Assembly (NCBI GenBank): GCA_035275625.1
Contig: DATEMK010000066.1
Location: forward strand, 1-43,782
Length of the DNA: 43,782 nucleotides
Direction of reading: 5' to 3'
Source: Bacteroidia bacterium
Lineage (GTDB): Bacteria > Bacteroidota > Bacteroidia > AKYH767-A > OLB10
Shown here: positions 19,406 through 27,868 of the stretch, one piece after another
Layout: each line of letters opens with the position of its first letter
Position numbering within the stretch: position 1 is the stretch's first letter
Program-made: the position numbers and the translations under genes
The notes under the pieces: generated by a model
Told to the model about the DNA's origin: nothing
Seen by the model: the letters and a program-made list of their open reading frames with translations, nothing else
Database searches by the model: none

Positions 19406-20014
19406 TTATACCGGCTGAAACCTCATCCTCGGTATAGAGAGGTTTATATATTTTGGCTTCAGTCTCCGAAATTTTTTTGATTTCTTCAAAAAAAAACCTG
19501 CTACCGGATAAGCTTCAAGGATTGAACACTGGCTGATCAGTTTTTGAAACAGCGATAGCCTGTCTTCAAAATCGGTTTTCTTCATTTCGCTGTACTCGCA
19601 CTTATAATATTTGAAGAAAAGGTAAACGGCAATGGAGTAAGTGATCATTTCCTGTTCACTTTTATCTTCTGTCATGGAACTCTGCAACAATATTTTCAAC
19701 CCCTGCGGCTCTTTCCTGATTTCCAAATGCGGATCAACCCACTTGGAACCAATTTTAATTCGCTCAGGCATGGCCAGCTCCTTCAATTTTGGCATGTCAT
19801 TTAACCAGGTGAGCATCGGCACAATTGTATGAGCAATGTACTTTGCATCAATCATTATCGCTGTATCATAGTCAATGTCCAACAGGATAGAAATGATTTT
19901 AAAAACGTCCTGCAGGTCCGGTTCGTTGGCAAGCTGGAAAAACTTTTCAACACTGACATCACCCCATGAAGTTGGCAGGGAATGTTTTTCAGTTCCAATG
20001 GTCAGAGGTATCAT
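19406..20014 (-). CDS. Hypothetical phage protein, first gene of the tail operon
   Basis: 202-aa ORF preceded by a promoter-like motif. Confidence 0.55.
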   Translation of the reverse strand: MIPLTIGTEKHSLPTSWGDVSVEKFFQLANEPDLQDVFKIISILLDIDYDTAIMIDAKYIAHTIVPMLTWLNDMPKLKELAMPERIKIGSKWVDPHLEIRKEPQGLKILLQSSMTEDKSEQEMITYSIAVYLFFKYYKCEYSEMKKTDFEDRLSLFQKLISQCSILEAYPVAGFFLKKSKKFRRLKPKYINLSIPRMRFQPV

Positions 20015-20031
20015 AATAGGTTGGGAGAGAA

Positions 20032-20053
20032 CGCAAAGTTAATTTTGTTAACT
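20032..20053 (-). promoter_or_regulatory. Late-operon promoter-like motif A (contains a Bacteroidota -7 box TAACTTTG)
   Basis: Minus strand AGTTAACAAAATTAACTTTGCG, 24 nt upstream of the ATG at 20014. It shares the 15-mer AGTTAACAAAATTAA with 24278..24292. Confidence 0.5.
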
Positions 20054-20111
20054 TGTATTTTCACGTGAAACAAAAAAGTTTTTAACAAAAAGCAATCCAC
20101 TTTTTCAACAC

Positions 20112-21455
20112 TCAGTTAAAAAATCCGAACCTTGGTGCCGTCAACGGTTTGTCCAGATCAAAATACACCCGCATCATGAGCGTGTCGGAAAAGTCAGGCG
20201 AACGGTTGATCTGTTCCTTTATCCATTCCTTTGGCTGAATGGCTTTTTTTCCATCAGAATCAACCGTTTTCTGTTTAACCTGTTCCAGTTCCTCGCGGAT
20301 CATTTCACGCCATTGCTCGTTCTCGGTGTTAATGTATAAACCCGCCTCATTTACTTTATCGGCAAGCTTGAAATAACACTGGCTTTTCAGATTCTTGAAG
20401 TTCTCTTTATCATCGCCTTCCTGTTTGATCGGTGAGGAATTGTTAATAAATCCTTTGCATTCGAGAATATCTTTTACTCCACCGCCAACGCCATCTTCAT
20501 CAACAAGAATATTGGATTTTGGAACTGAATGTTTCATGGCCAGGGAATCAATCCGCTTTGCGGATTCGGAAACTGAAAGTTTGAACTCCCTGAATATTTC
20601 TTCCACCCGCCATCCATCCCAAAGCATGATCACCGTATGGTCACTCCCGAAACGTGCGATATCCGCTGTAATGAATTTCTCCCCGGGTGTAACAAACTTA
20701 TTTGAAAACAGGTCAAATATTTTATCGTAATTGATCAGCGAGGTCGGGTCGTCATCATATTCCCAGTTACCAAGGTACAACCGTTGACGCATCACTTCAT
20801 CTTTAATTTTTGACAGTGATTGAATGTACTCCTGATTTCCCTTCACATTATCTTTTGGCAGCAATTGAATGAAGGCTTTGTCTGGTGGTAATGTGCCTGT
20901 GGTCCACGGCTTATAGAACTCCTGATACATCCAATTCTTTTTCGGATTGCAGGTGATTAATAATTTACGCGGCAGATTATACTTGTCATTGTTTTTCCTG
21001 CCGATGCTGATCAACAGATTTTCTTTTGCCAGGGATTTAACTTCACCACCTTCTTCAATCCATCCGCGGGTGAATTGCATTGAACCGAATCTTTCAAACA
21101 AAGGATCACGCGGGAGGTATGAGCATTCTAAAAGATAAACACGGCTGTCATTATGCAACCGGTAGTAGTTATCCTGCCCGTTAAATTTGCAATAGTCTGT
21201 CAGGTTAATTTGCCACTTGGAAAACGCTTCATTAATGGTCGGAATAGTGTGTTTCCGGATGTCTATAAGTTTCTCACGGGCAATGAAGTAAAAGGTTTCA
21301 GGATAAACCAATGCATCATGGAAAATACAGTTGGCACCAAGCAATGATTTACCGCCAAACTTTGCACCTCCAACCAATACCTCTACTGTGGTTGAATCAT
21401 TCCATTTACGGATAGCAGCAATTTGATTTTTATACGCTTTAAATTTAAGCTTCAT
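20112..21455 (-). CDS. terL: Terminase large subunit
   Basis: 447 aa. Walker A GGAKFGGKS and Walker B-like RGWIEEGGE, with an RNase-H-like nuclease half carrying conserved acidic residues (ITADIARFGSD..., VDEDGVGGG). Confidence 0.9.
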   Translation of the reverse strand: MKLKFKAYKNQIAAIRKWNDSTTVEVLVGGAKFGGKSLLGANCIFHDALVYPETFYFIAREKLIDIRKHTIPTINEAFSKWQINLTDYCKFNGQDNYYRLHNDSRVYLLECSYLPRDPLFERFGSMQFTRGWIEEGGEVKSLAKENLLISIGRKNNDKYNLPRKLLITCNPKKNWMYQEFYKPWTTGTLPPDKAFIQLLPKDNVKGNQEYIQSLSKIKDEVMRQRLYLGNWEYDDDPTSLINYDKIFDLFSNKFVTPGEKFITADIARFGSDHTVIMLWDGWRVEEIFREFKLSVSESAKRIDSLAMKHSVPKSNILVDEDGVGGGVKDILECKGFINNSSPIKQEGDDKENFKNLKSQCYFKLADKVNEAGLYINTENEQWREMIREELEQVKQKTVDSDGKKAIQPKEWIKEQINRSPDFSDTLMMRVYFDLDKPLTAPRFGFFN

Positions 21456-21906
21456 CTTGTGGCGTTACTTCCATGCCGCTGATAGGCTCCACTGTTTTAA
21501 AATTGACATTGGTTTCTTTGGGAGCCTCATACCCACACATTGAATTAAGAACTTCGGCTGCCCTGATCTGATCAGGGTAGGATGGAATAAAGGTTTTATC
21601 ACTGCCAGGTAACTTTGCACCTTTCTTCCGAATGATGTTTGTCAGGGTCTTTTTGATCTCATGTTCTGAAGCCACATCATCGGCAGCCATTTTTGCAATC
21701 GCCTCTTCACGAAATTTATCATAAAGAGCATTTTTTTTTGCCTGTTCCTCCGTAATCATTTTTGCCACATCATCACGCTTTAAAAGGAGCTTACCTTTGG
21801 TTGCAGCTACCTTATCGCTTACGTGCGGAAACGCAGCCTTGTAAGCTGTAACGTGATCTGGTGACTTTATATAAGCATTGGCGAATGCTAAATGTGTGGC
21901 TTTCAT
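21445..21906 (-). CDS. terS: Terminase small subunit
   Basis: 153 aa. The N-terminus FANAYIKSPDHVTAYKAAFPHVSDKVAATKGKLLLKRDDV matches the small terminase HTH pattern. It overlaps the terL start. Confidence 0.8.
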   Translation of the reverse strand: MKATHLAFANAYIKSPDHVTAYKAAFPHVSDKVAATKGKLLLKRDDVAKMITEEQAKKNALYDKFREEAIAKMAADDVASEHEIKKTLTNIIRKKGAKLPGSDKTFIPSYPDQIRAAEVLNSMCGYEAPKETNVNFKTVEPISGMEVTPQDEA

Positions 21907-21908
21907 CT

Positions 21909-23393
21909 TTATTCCACTATTTTCAACTTTTTAAGGATACTTTTCGGGTAAACATTGTCCTGTCCCCAACCATTCAGCTCAATCACACGTTTGAAAAAGT
22001 CCTGGTGATTTTCCCAGAATGCGTACCGCGATCCGTTGGGAAGTGGTAAGGTGAATTCATATTGCAGCGATTTCTTCAACGCATCCGGAGAAACGGTGTT
22101 TTGTTTTGTGGCCATGATCTGGAAGGTCTGATCCCCTCCACCTATTTTCATTTTGCTGCCAGGTCCGAAATATGTTTCCGCTAGATCCTGAGCCTCCTGT
22201 TTTGAATGGAACTTTTGATAGAACCATTGTCCGTTCCTGAACTGTCCGGAGAATCCATGTTCGTCAACGAATTTGATCATATCATCTTTCGTGAATGTTT
22301 TTCCGTAACCGGTTTTCTTTTGATTCGCTCGCCTTTCCAAACATTCTTTGAGTCGTCCGGAAATGAAAATCTTTCCACCTGGTTTGCAAAATGCATTCAG
22401 GCAGCTTAGAACATGGTGTTGTGCTTCCATGGAGTGAACAGAATTCAGAACAGAATCACAGATCACCACATCAAACAATCCGCTGGCTATGACTTGTTTT
22501 TTTATCCGTAAGAAATCAGCTTTCACATGCTCGATCCATATTCCGTTGGTTCCTTCTTTCCTGAAGAAGAATTCGAGCGGGAAAACATTGTACCCTTTTG
22601 AGTTCAGAGATTTTGCATAATCCTGGTACCCTGCGCCAAAGTCCAAAGAGATTTCTTCCTTCTTTAGGTTCGGGATCACTGTGTATTCATAAAGTCGTGA
22701 GTTGCCTGCTTTTTCGTTTCCGGTTTGTGATTCCCTCAGCCTGTTTTTCTGCGCATAACATTGAGGGTAAATTTTTTTCTCGGTGTGCTCATAAGAAAAA
22801 ACACCGTAATCCTGTGCAAACATATTTCGCGCGAAGTCAACATCTTTTTTTTGCAGCTTGTAACAAAGCAGCTTCATGTTCAGAAGTTTACAGCAGTATG
22901 CATACATCGAAGAAAGAAGCACATTGTTTTCATGGTCGAGCACACAATTTGCAAACGGACCATACCTGAGCATGAGCTTGGTGATCACGCTCACGATCTG
23001 GCCACATGCACCCGGACTCTTCACATCAATGTCGGCAGGATCCACGTAAGTGAATTCACCGAACGGAATTTCCTTTATGATCTGTACGACCGGTTGATTT
23101 TCTTTGATCGGCAGCTCCGTCATGTTATGGAATTGGTTGAAACGAATTTCATCCTGCAGAGAAACATTTGAAACGAAATATGCATAGCATTCTTCAATGC
23201 CGAGTACCTGCATTCCTTTGGTTCTTTGGTGGCCTGCAATAATTGTAGTGTTTTCCTTTCGTGCAACAATTACTTTGATCATTCCCAGCCGGATGATGCT
23301 GGCTTTCAAATTATCAAAGCCCTCGGAACTTATTTTCCGCGGGTTGTATGGTGCCGGCTGGATGTCACTTAATTTTATCTTTTGCAGCATCAA
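21909..23393 (-). CDS. ParB-like N-terminal domain fused to a class I SAM-dependent methyltransferase
   Basis: N-terminus: KLSDIQPAPYNPRKIS...IIAGHQRTKG (ParB/Srx fold). C-terminus: motif I LDFGAG, acidic post-I LEFF, motif II VVICDSVL, and KPGGKIFISG. Confidence 0.7.
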   Translation of the reverse strand: MMLQKIKLSDIQPAPYNPRKISSEGFDNLKASIIRLGMIKVIVARKENTTIIAGHQRTKGMQVLGIEECYAYFVSNVSLQDEIRFNQFHNMTELPIKENQPVVQIIKEIPFGEFTYVDPADIDVKSPGACGQIVSVITKLMLRYGPFANCVLDHENNVLLSSMYAYCCKLLNMKLLCYKLQKKDVDFARNMFAQDYGVFSYEHTEKKIYPQCYAQKNRLRESQTGNEKAGNSRLYEYTVIPNLKKEEISLDFGAGYQDYAKSLNSKGYNVFPLEFFFRKEGTNGIWIEHVKADFLRIKKQVIASGLFDVVICDSVLNSVHSMEAQHHVLSCLNAFCKPGGKIFISGRLKECLERRANQKKTGYGKTFTKDDMIKFVDEHGFSGQFRNGQWFYQKFHSKQEAQDLAETYFGPGSKMKIGGGDQTFQIMATKQNTVSPDALKKSLQYEFTLPLPNGSRYAFWENHQDFFKRVIELNGWGQDNVYPKSILKKLKIVE

Positions 23394-24021
23394 TCAGGAA
23401 TTTTGGAAATCCGATACTCGTTGTATTTTTATCCACGTACTGTTTTAAAAGTGCATTCAATTCATTCCGCTCCTCGTCAGTCATTGGAATTTTTTTAGTG
23501 TCAATTACCAGGTACATGAGGTTCAATGAAGAAGTGTTTTCCTCACCTTCCGCGGTGACTGTTTCATCAAACTTCGGTTCAACTCCCCACTTCAGAACAT
23601 CAATCTCATGCAATACTGCAAGCTCTGTAATAACTTCCAAGTCCGGTACGTAATCAATCTTTTGGGTTTGGTTATCGGCAAGGGCCAGCTCCCTGCCTTT
23701 TGCGGAATCCAAATCAATGTCGGTCCGCTTTACAGCGACAAGCATGTCACCGGTAGTTTCAACAATCAGAATATTTTGACCGCCTCCTTCAATATAATTT
23801 TCGGTGGCTTTGTTGCCGGCAATCAGCCGGTTATTCTTGTCGAGCAAAACCGATCTGCCCGCTCCGAATTGATGAAATGATTGTTTGATCATCTCCTTTC
23901 CTTTCGGAGTGCCTTTGTTCGTGTTCCTGTCATCAGGAATAATGGATTTAACGCTGACTTTTTTTACAGTTGGCGTTTTGATTTTGGATTTTGTTTTGGT
24001 TGATTTCATTGGTTTTACCAT
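23365..24021 (-). CDS. ParB-like domain protein
   Basis: 218 aa: VKSIIPDDRNTNKG...LLDKNNRLIAGNKATE...LALADN, preceded by a basic N-terminal tail. Confidence 0.65.
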   Translation of the reverse strand: MVKPMKSTKTKSKIKTPTVKKVSVKSIIPDDRNTNKGTPKGKEMIKQSFHQFGAGRSVLLDKNNRLIAGNKATENYIEGGGQNILIVETTGDMLVAVKRTDIDLDSAKGRELALADNQTQKIDYVPDLEVITELAVLHEIDVLKWGVEPKFDETVTAEGEENTSSLNLMYLVIDTKKIPMTDEERNELNALLKQYVDKNTTSIGFPKFLIDAAKDKIK

Positions 24022-24245
24022 TTATGAGCAGGGCAACTTACCCAGCCACCCAGCATTGATTTCAGATTCATGACGCACCCGCAGAGTTTTATTTCTTTTC
24101 CCGCATGACAAACTTTTTCGCCAATTATGGGAGGGAAAACTGTTAAGTCAAGCGTTCCGCATGTTATTACTTTCTTACCAAAGACTTTTGATTCTTTGTG
24201 GAACGGGCAGTCAACGCAAATTTTTAATTTATCGGATGGACTCAC
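24015..24245 (-). CDS. Cys-rich small protein (putative zinc-binding), first gene of the packaging operon
   Basis: 76 aa with 9 Cys (CVDCPFH..., CGC..., C..H). Apparent GTG start, preceded by the late-promoter-like motif. Confidence 0.5.
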   Translation of the reverse strand: MSPSDKLKICVDCPFHKESKVFGKKVITCGTLDLTVFPPIIGEKVCHAGKEIKLCGCVMNLKSMLGGWVSCPAHKW

Positions 24246-24269
24246 ATGGTGCCAAAAGTAACAAAATTG

Positions 24270-24301
24270 ATTCCAATTTAATTTTGTTAACTGAAAGTTA
24301 T
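24270..24301 (-). promoter_or_regulatory. Late-operon promoter-like motif B (packaging operon)
   Basis: Minus strand ATAACTTTCAGTTAACAAAATTAAATTGGAAT, about 25-30 nt upstream of the start at 24245. Confidence 0.5.
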
Positions 24302-24411
24302 CAGCATCCCATGGCCTGACCGATCAATCCAAGGAGGATAATTACAAGCAAAACAATTCCGAAAATTTTCCCGATGTCGTTAGGTACCCGTGGATGTTTG
24401 TAATTGTTCAT
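24301..24411 (-). CDS. Possible 36-aa single-pass membrane peptide
   Basis: MNNYKHPRVPNDIGKIFGIVLLVIILLGLIGQAMGC. A TATATTTG box (24416..24423, minus strand) lies immediately upstream. Confidence 0.3.
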   Translation of the reverse strand: MNNYKHPRVPNDIGKIFGIVLLVIILLGLIGQAMGC

Positions 24412-24426
24412 ATAGCAAATATAAAA

Positions 24427-24861
24427 TTACATTTGAAAAACGAGAGCTGCAGCATCACGTGAATGGTTTGAGGTCTGGTGTGGCCAGCCTGTTACTCTTT
24501 TAAAATAATCGTCCTTCCATTTAGTTCCGTTCTTTATCGGTGCAACCATTTCAAAATCTATTTTCATGTCGGTGAGAAATTCTTCCCATATGGTGCACTG
24601 TATTTTAATGGCGCCAGCTCCAAACTTTTTCTGATCAGCATTACCTCCAAACCATTTCCTTTTCCGTGCATCTTCCACGCGAACAAAAATTTGTTCCTTC
24701 TTTAAGATATCACGATAGAGCTCATGGATCTGGGCAAATGCCTGGTGAATCTTCAAAGTTTTAATGGACCAAAATTGTTTCTGCTGTTTATTCCAAACTG
24801 CAAAACCGGTTTCGATCCCGGGATCAATGCCGATGTAAATTATTTTTCCGGCTCTATTCAT
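24427..24861 (-). CDS. RuvC-like Holliday junction resolvase
   Basis: IYIGIDPGIETGFAV (catalytic Asp motif) and C-terminal SNHSRDAAAL. The start is placed at the internal Met (MNRAGK), which removes most of the overlap with the upstream gene. The track ORF extends to 24948. Confidence 0.7.
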   Translation of the reverse strand: MNRAGKIIYIGIDPGIETGFAVWNKQQKQFWSIKTLKIHQAFAQIHELYRDILKKEQIFVRVEDARKRKWFGGNADQKKFGAGAIKIQCTIWEEFLTDMKIDFEMVAPIKNGTKWKDDYFKRVTGWPHQTSNHSRDAAALVFQM

Positions 24862-25378
24862 ATAAATCCAATAGTCTTCCTGATGAATTGATTTTGCAGT
24901 GGATAACAGGAGAAAGACCTTGGTTCTTTTTTCTTTTGAATCCCACATGATTGAACCTTTCAGAAAATATTTTACACCACACTTCCCAATTTTCCACTAA
25001 TGGTATTACACCACAATCGAAAATTATCATTGCTTTTTCTACTAATTTCCAATTGGTTTGATGTCTAAAATTAATTCCGTAGTCTTCTTTAAATGTCTTA
25101 ATATAAACCCACCAACCATCGAAAAACCAATTGTTGGTGTTTTTAAAAACCCATATATAGCATGGTACAATTGAATCTTCATGCGAGATTCTTTTATAAT
25201 ACAATTGATCATTTTGTTTTTCCTTCCTCTTTGCAAAAACTTCTGCCCACGTGCACTTTTTCCATTCAGGTGAAACACCAAAATAACTTCCGCAATAATC
25301 ATGGTACATATAAGCGACATCAGGTGGTAATTCTTTTTTCCACCAAAATTTAGCCGCTTCCCTGTGCATGACTGTCAT
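24854..25378 (-). CDS. Hypothetical Trp-rich early protein
   Basis: 174-aa ORF in the early operon. Confidence 0.5.
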   Translation of the reverse strand: MTVMHREAAKFWWKKELPPDVAYMYHDYCGSYFGVSPEWKKCTWAEVFAKRKEKQNDQLYYKRISHEDSIVPCYIWVFKNTNNWFFDGWWVYIKTFKEDYGINFRHQTNWKLVEKAMIIFDCGVIPLVENWEVWCKIFSERFNHVGFKRKKNQGLSPVIHCKINSSGRLLDLYE

Positions 25379-25608
25379 GATTGCTGTATAGTTAAATCAA
25401 CTTTTCCTTGTCTCATGCAGATGCCCCTGGGTAAAACAAGACCGGTTTTTTTGCACCTCACCTTATCTATAAAATCATATTTACAGCGAAAGGTAAACCC
25501 TTCTAATATTTTTCCTTCATGCGTTCCATCCATCACACGGAAGTAATAGACATTAGTGGGCTTGACCTTTTCAACCGGTCTCCGGTGTTTTAATTTAGAT
25601 TGAATCAT
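25375..25608 (-). CDS. Hypothetical small basic protein
   Basis: 77-aa ORF with 4-nt overlaps on both sides. Confidence 0.5.
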   Translation of the reverse strand: MIQSKLKHRRPVEKVKPTNVYYFRVMDGTHEGKILEGFTFRCKYDFIDKVRCKKTGLVLPRGICMRQGKVDLTIQQS

Positions 25609-26435
25609 TTTCTTCTGTCAGGAGCTTTCGAATCAAATACAATCTTGTTGAACATTTCCCTCATTCGAGATCGTACTCGGGTCCCGTAAGTTTCCTCTAT
25701 CTGATCAGCTGTTAAATTTGTTGTGATGTGGGTTTTGTTTCGCATCTTGTAAAACAGATCATAACGGTTCAGGATGGTTTCTGCCATAACATTAGCCTGA
25801 TTCCCGAAATGCTTTTGGATCTCTTCTGTTCCAAGATCATCAAAACAAATTCCGACAGATTGCTCATGCCCGAACTTTACTCCTGCAGTTGCAGATTGAT
25901 ATTCACCGAAATATTTTGCGATTGCCTGACGTCCTCCGTCTTTACCTCCATCAGAAAATTCACTGGCCACCTTCCGGCAGCTGATCACAAAGTAGCTGGC
26001 CACCTGGTTATCGCGGAACATGCGCATGAGTGTTGTTTTTCCACAACCTACATTTCCAAATAACAAGATCCCTTTGTCAAGCTTCCACCCGTTTTTTTCT
26101 TCGAACCTTTTGTCATTAGTGAAGTAACAGGCCAGGTCGAAAATTATTTCTTCGTTGTATTCATCGATCACAAAATTTTTAACAGTCTTTTTGATTTGTT
26201 GAATGATCCGACCGTTAAACACTTCTGCAGAATAAATAGGATAAACTTTTGGCTTGTGGACAGTCGCCCAGTATTCTTTCTCCTTCTGAGCTTTGTCAAT
26301 ATCTTCCTTTGCTTTAAGGATGGCGGTTTTAGTTATTTGTATTTCCTGTTCCTGAGTGAGAGTTATGTGTTTATAGCTCTCCAATTTCTCGTCCAGATTC
26401 AATTCTTTGACTGGTATTGTTGCCGGTAGTTCCAT
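25605..26435 (-). CDS. DnaC/IstB-like AAA+ ATPase (helicase loader)
   Basis: Walker A LLFGNVGCGKTTL and Walker B ICFDDLGTEE. It sits downstream of the replication organiser gene. Confidence 0.75.
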   Translation of the reverse strand: MELPATIPVKELNLDEKLESYKHITLTQEQEIQITKTAILKAKEDIDKAQKEKEYWATVHKPKVYPIYSAEVFNGRIIQQIKKTVKNFVIDEYNEEIIFDLACYFTNDKRFEEKNGWKLDKGILLFGNVGCGKTTLMRMFRDNQVASYFVISCRKVASEFSDGGKDGGRQAIAKYFGEYQSATAGVKFGHEQSVGICFDDLGTEEIQKHFGNQANVMAETILNRYDLFYKMRNKTHITTNLTADQIEETYGTRVRSRMREMFNKIVFDSKAPDRRK

Positions 26436-27192
26436 TTTTTTTGATGTTTTGATTTTCTGTTTTCTTAGCCCAACTGATGAAGTGTTCCATTAACTCAAAC
26501 AGTGAGCGATTCAAGTTATGTTTTAGGTTTTGCTCCTCTATAAATCTTTTCAACATTTCCTCGATTTTTGCGCGCGGAAAACTTAAAAACTTTGATGTGT
26601 TATATATCCATCCTTCATTCTCGAGGAGCTTTTCCAAAATGGTTTCAGGATTATAAATAACTTTTGATCCAAAAAGTTCAGGCGAAATTTCCTTTACTTT
26701 TTTTTCTTTTAATTTTATTTCCTTTGCTTTACTTTGCTGCATTTCCTCCGGTGTTATCGCAATTAACTCCGGAGTTAACTCTTTAAAATCATGGGAAAAC
26801 CGTAATAAATTCAGATTCGGGTTTATTATAAAATTTTTCCGCTTTCCTGCCTGGCAAATGGCTACATATCTTTTTTGAATGCCGGCTGAGGTCAGAATCT
26901 TGAACGAATCAAAAATGATTTTGTGGAAAAAATCGCGCTTGACCAATTCATGCACCACATCATTCACTAACGTATGTTGAATATTACCCACACGCTTTGC
27001 AAATAGTATTGCTTCATCATCCCCCCATTGATAATAATACCCTTTGTCCTTATAAATTTTACATAGTAACTTAATAGCAATCACTTCTCCCTTTTCCCCG
27101 AACCTCCCGGAGACGAATTGAATCTTGTCATCCTCAAAAAAATCAACATTAAATGGAAAATAATCCAATCCTTCTTTTATCGGTCGAGCCAT
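26371..27192 (-). CDS. Replication organiser/initiator (DUF4373, DnaD-like N-terminal domain)
   Basis: N-terminus MARPIKEGLDYFPFNVDFFEDDKIQFVSGRFGEKGEVIAIKLLCKIYKDKGYYYQW is the characteristic DUF4373 pattern of Bacteroidota phages. Confidence 0.65.
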   Translation of the reverse strand: MARPIKEGLDYFPFNVDFFEDDKIQFVSGRFGEKGEVIAIKLLCKIYKDKGYYYQWGDDEAILFAKRVGNIQHTLVNDVVHELVKRDFFHKIIFDSFKILTSAGIQKRYVAICQAGKRKNFIINPNLNLLRFSHDFKELTPELIAITPEEMQQSKAKEIKLKEKKVKEISPELFGSKVIYNPETILEKLLENEGWIYNTSKFLSFPRAKIEEMLKRFIEEQNLKHNLNRSLFELMEHFISWAKKTENQNIKKNGTTGNNTSQRIESGREIGEL

Positions 27193-27195
27193 TGT

Positions 27196-27627
27196 TTAAT
27201 ACCTTAAATCAGTCCAGTGATACATTGTTAAACTTTCAACTATTTTGCACGTCTGACCTCGTAACCCCTTTTTGTTTCTGTCCTTTTTAACCGAATCAAT
27301 CCAGTATTTACAAAAATCATTTTCATCAGTGAATCCATCAAACTTTACAAACTCTGAAATTTCATTTCGATGCAGGGACCTACCATCAACACAAATCTTC
27401 AACGAAAGAAAGGTATCTGTGATATATATTATTCTGATCCACGCTTTCTGCTTGCTGATTAGCTTCTCCTTATTGGTGATCAGCTGACAATGTTTTGTTC
27501 TCAGTGCCGTGTACATGTATAAAGTTTCGCCAATCTTCACCTCTTTTTTTCTACGTTTGCGCATCGTGAAAACCTTAGTGCCTATTTTAATCGGATCAAT
27601 AAAACGTTTTTTGAATCCCAGGAGCAT
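27196..27627 (-). CDS. ASCH/PUA-like domain protein
   Basis: 143 aa. FKKRFIDPIKIGTKVFTMRK...KIGETLYMY resembles the ASCH beta-barrel N-terminus. Confidence 0.45.
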   Translation of the reverse strand: MLLGFKKRFIDPIKIGTKVFTMRKRRKKEVKIGETLYMYTALRTKHCQLITNKEKLISKQKAWIRIIYITDTFLSLKICVDGRSLHRNEISEFVKFDGFTDENDFCKYWIDSVKKDRNKKGLRGQTCKIVESLTMYHWTDLRY

Positions 27628-27628
27628 T

Positions 27629-27868
27629 TCAGTTTTTATTAGCGTAATTGTGTAACAGATAAAGTTTGTTCAGGCATACACGGCACACCGCCTTACCCTC
27701 ATAATTGAATTCCTTCGGCAGCATAAACACATGCATGTTCATTGCAGCATGTATGGGAGCTGTCTTGCATTCGTCACAATATCCCCATCCGCTACGACCA
27801 AATTTTTCAGGAATCGAATCAATGAATTTCTTCATTGCTATATCTGCTGGTGATTGTGTTTCCATCAT
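27629..27868 (-). CDS. Small zinc-ribbon-like protein
   Basis: 79 aa with CDEC...CRVC pairs. Confidence 0.5.
   Translation of the reverse strand: MMETQSPADIAMKKFIDSIPEKFGRSGWGYCDECKTAPIHAAMNMHVFMLPKEFNYEGKAVCRVCLNKLYLLHNYANKN

Noticed and set aside
24259-24289. 10-bp hairpin (TAACAAAATT/AATTTTGTTA) as a terminator before the packaging operon
   Set aside because: The stem has a single G:C pair and overlaps late-promoter-like motif B, so it is more likely part of that motif than a functional terminator.
25042-25320. Nested minus-strand 92-aa ORF, plus the plus-strand ORFs within 24478..25546
   Set aside because: They lie entirely inside or antisense to the longer operon-coupled ORFs and have no independent signals.
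26371-26435. The 65-nt overlap between the replication organiser and DnaC-like genes as a programmed frameshift or fusion
   Set aside because: I noticed no slippery heptamer in the overlap. The DnaC-like ORF has no alternative in-frame Met before its ATPase domain, so a simple long overlap is the most economical reading.
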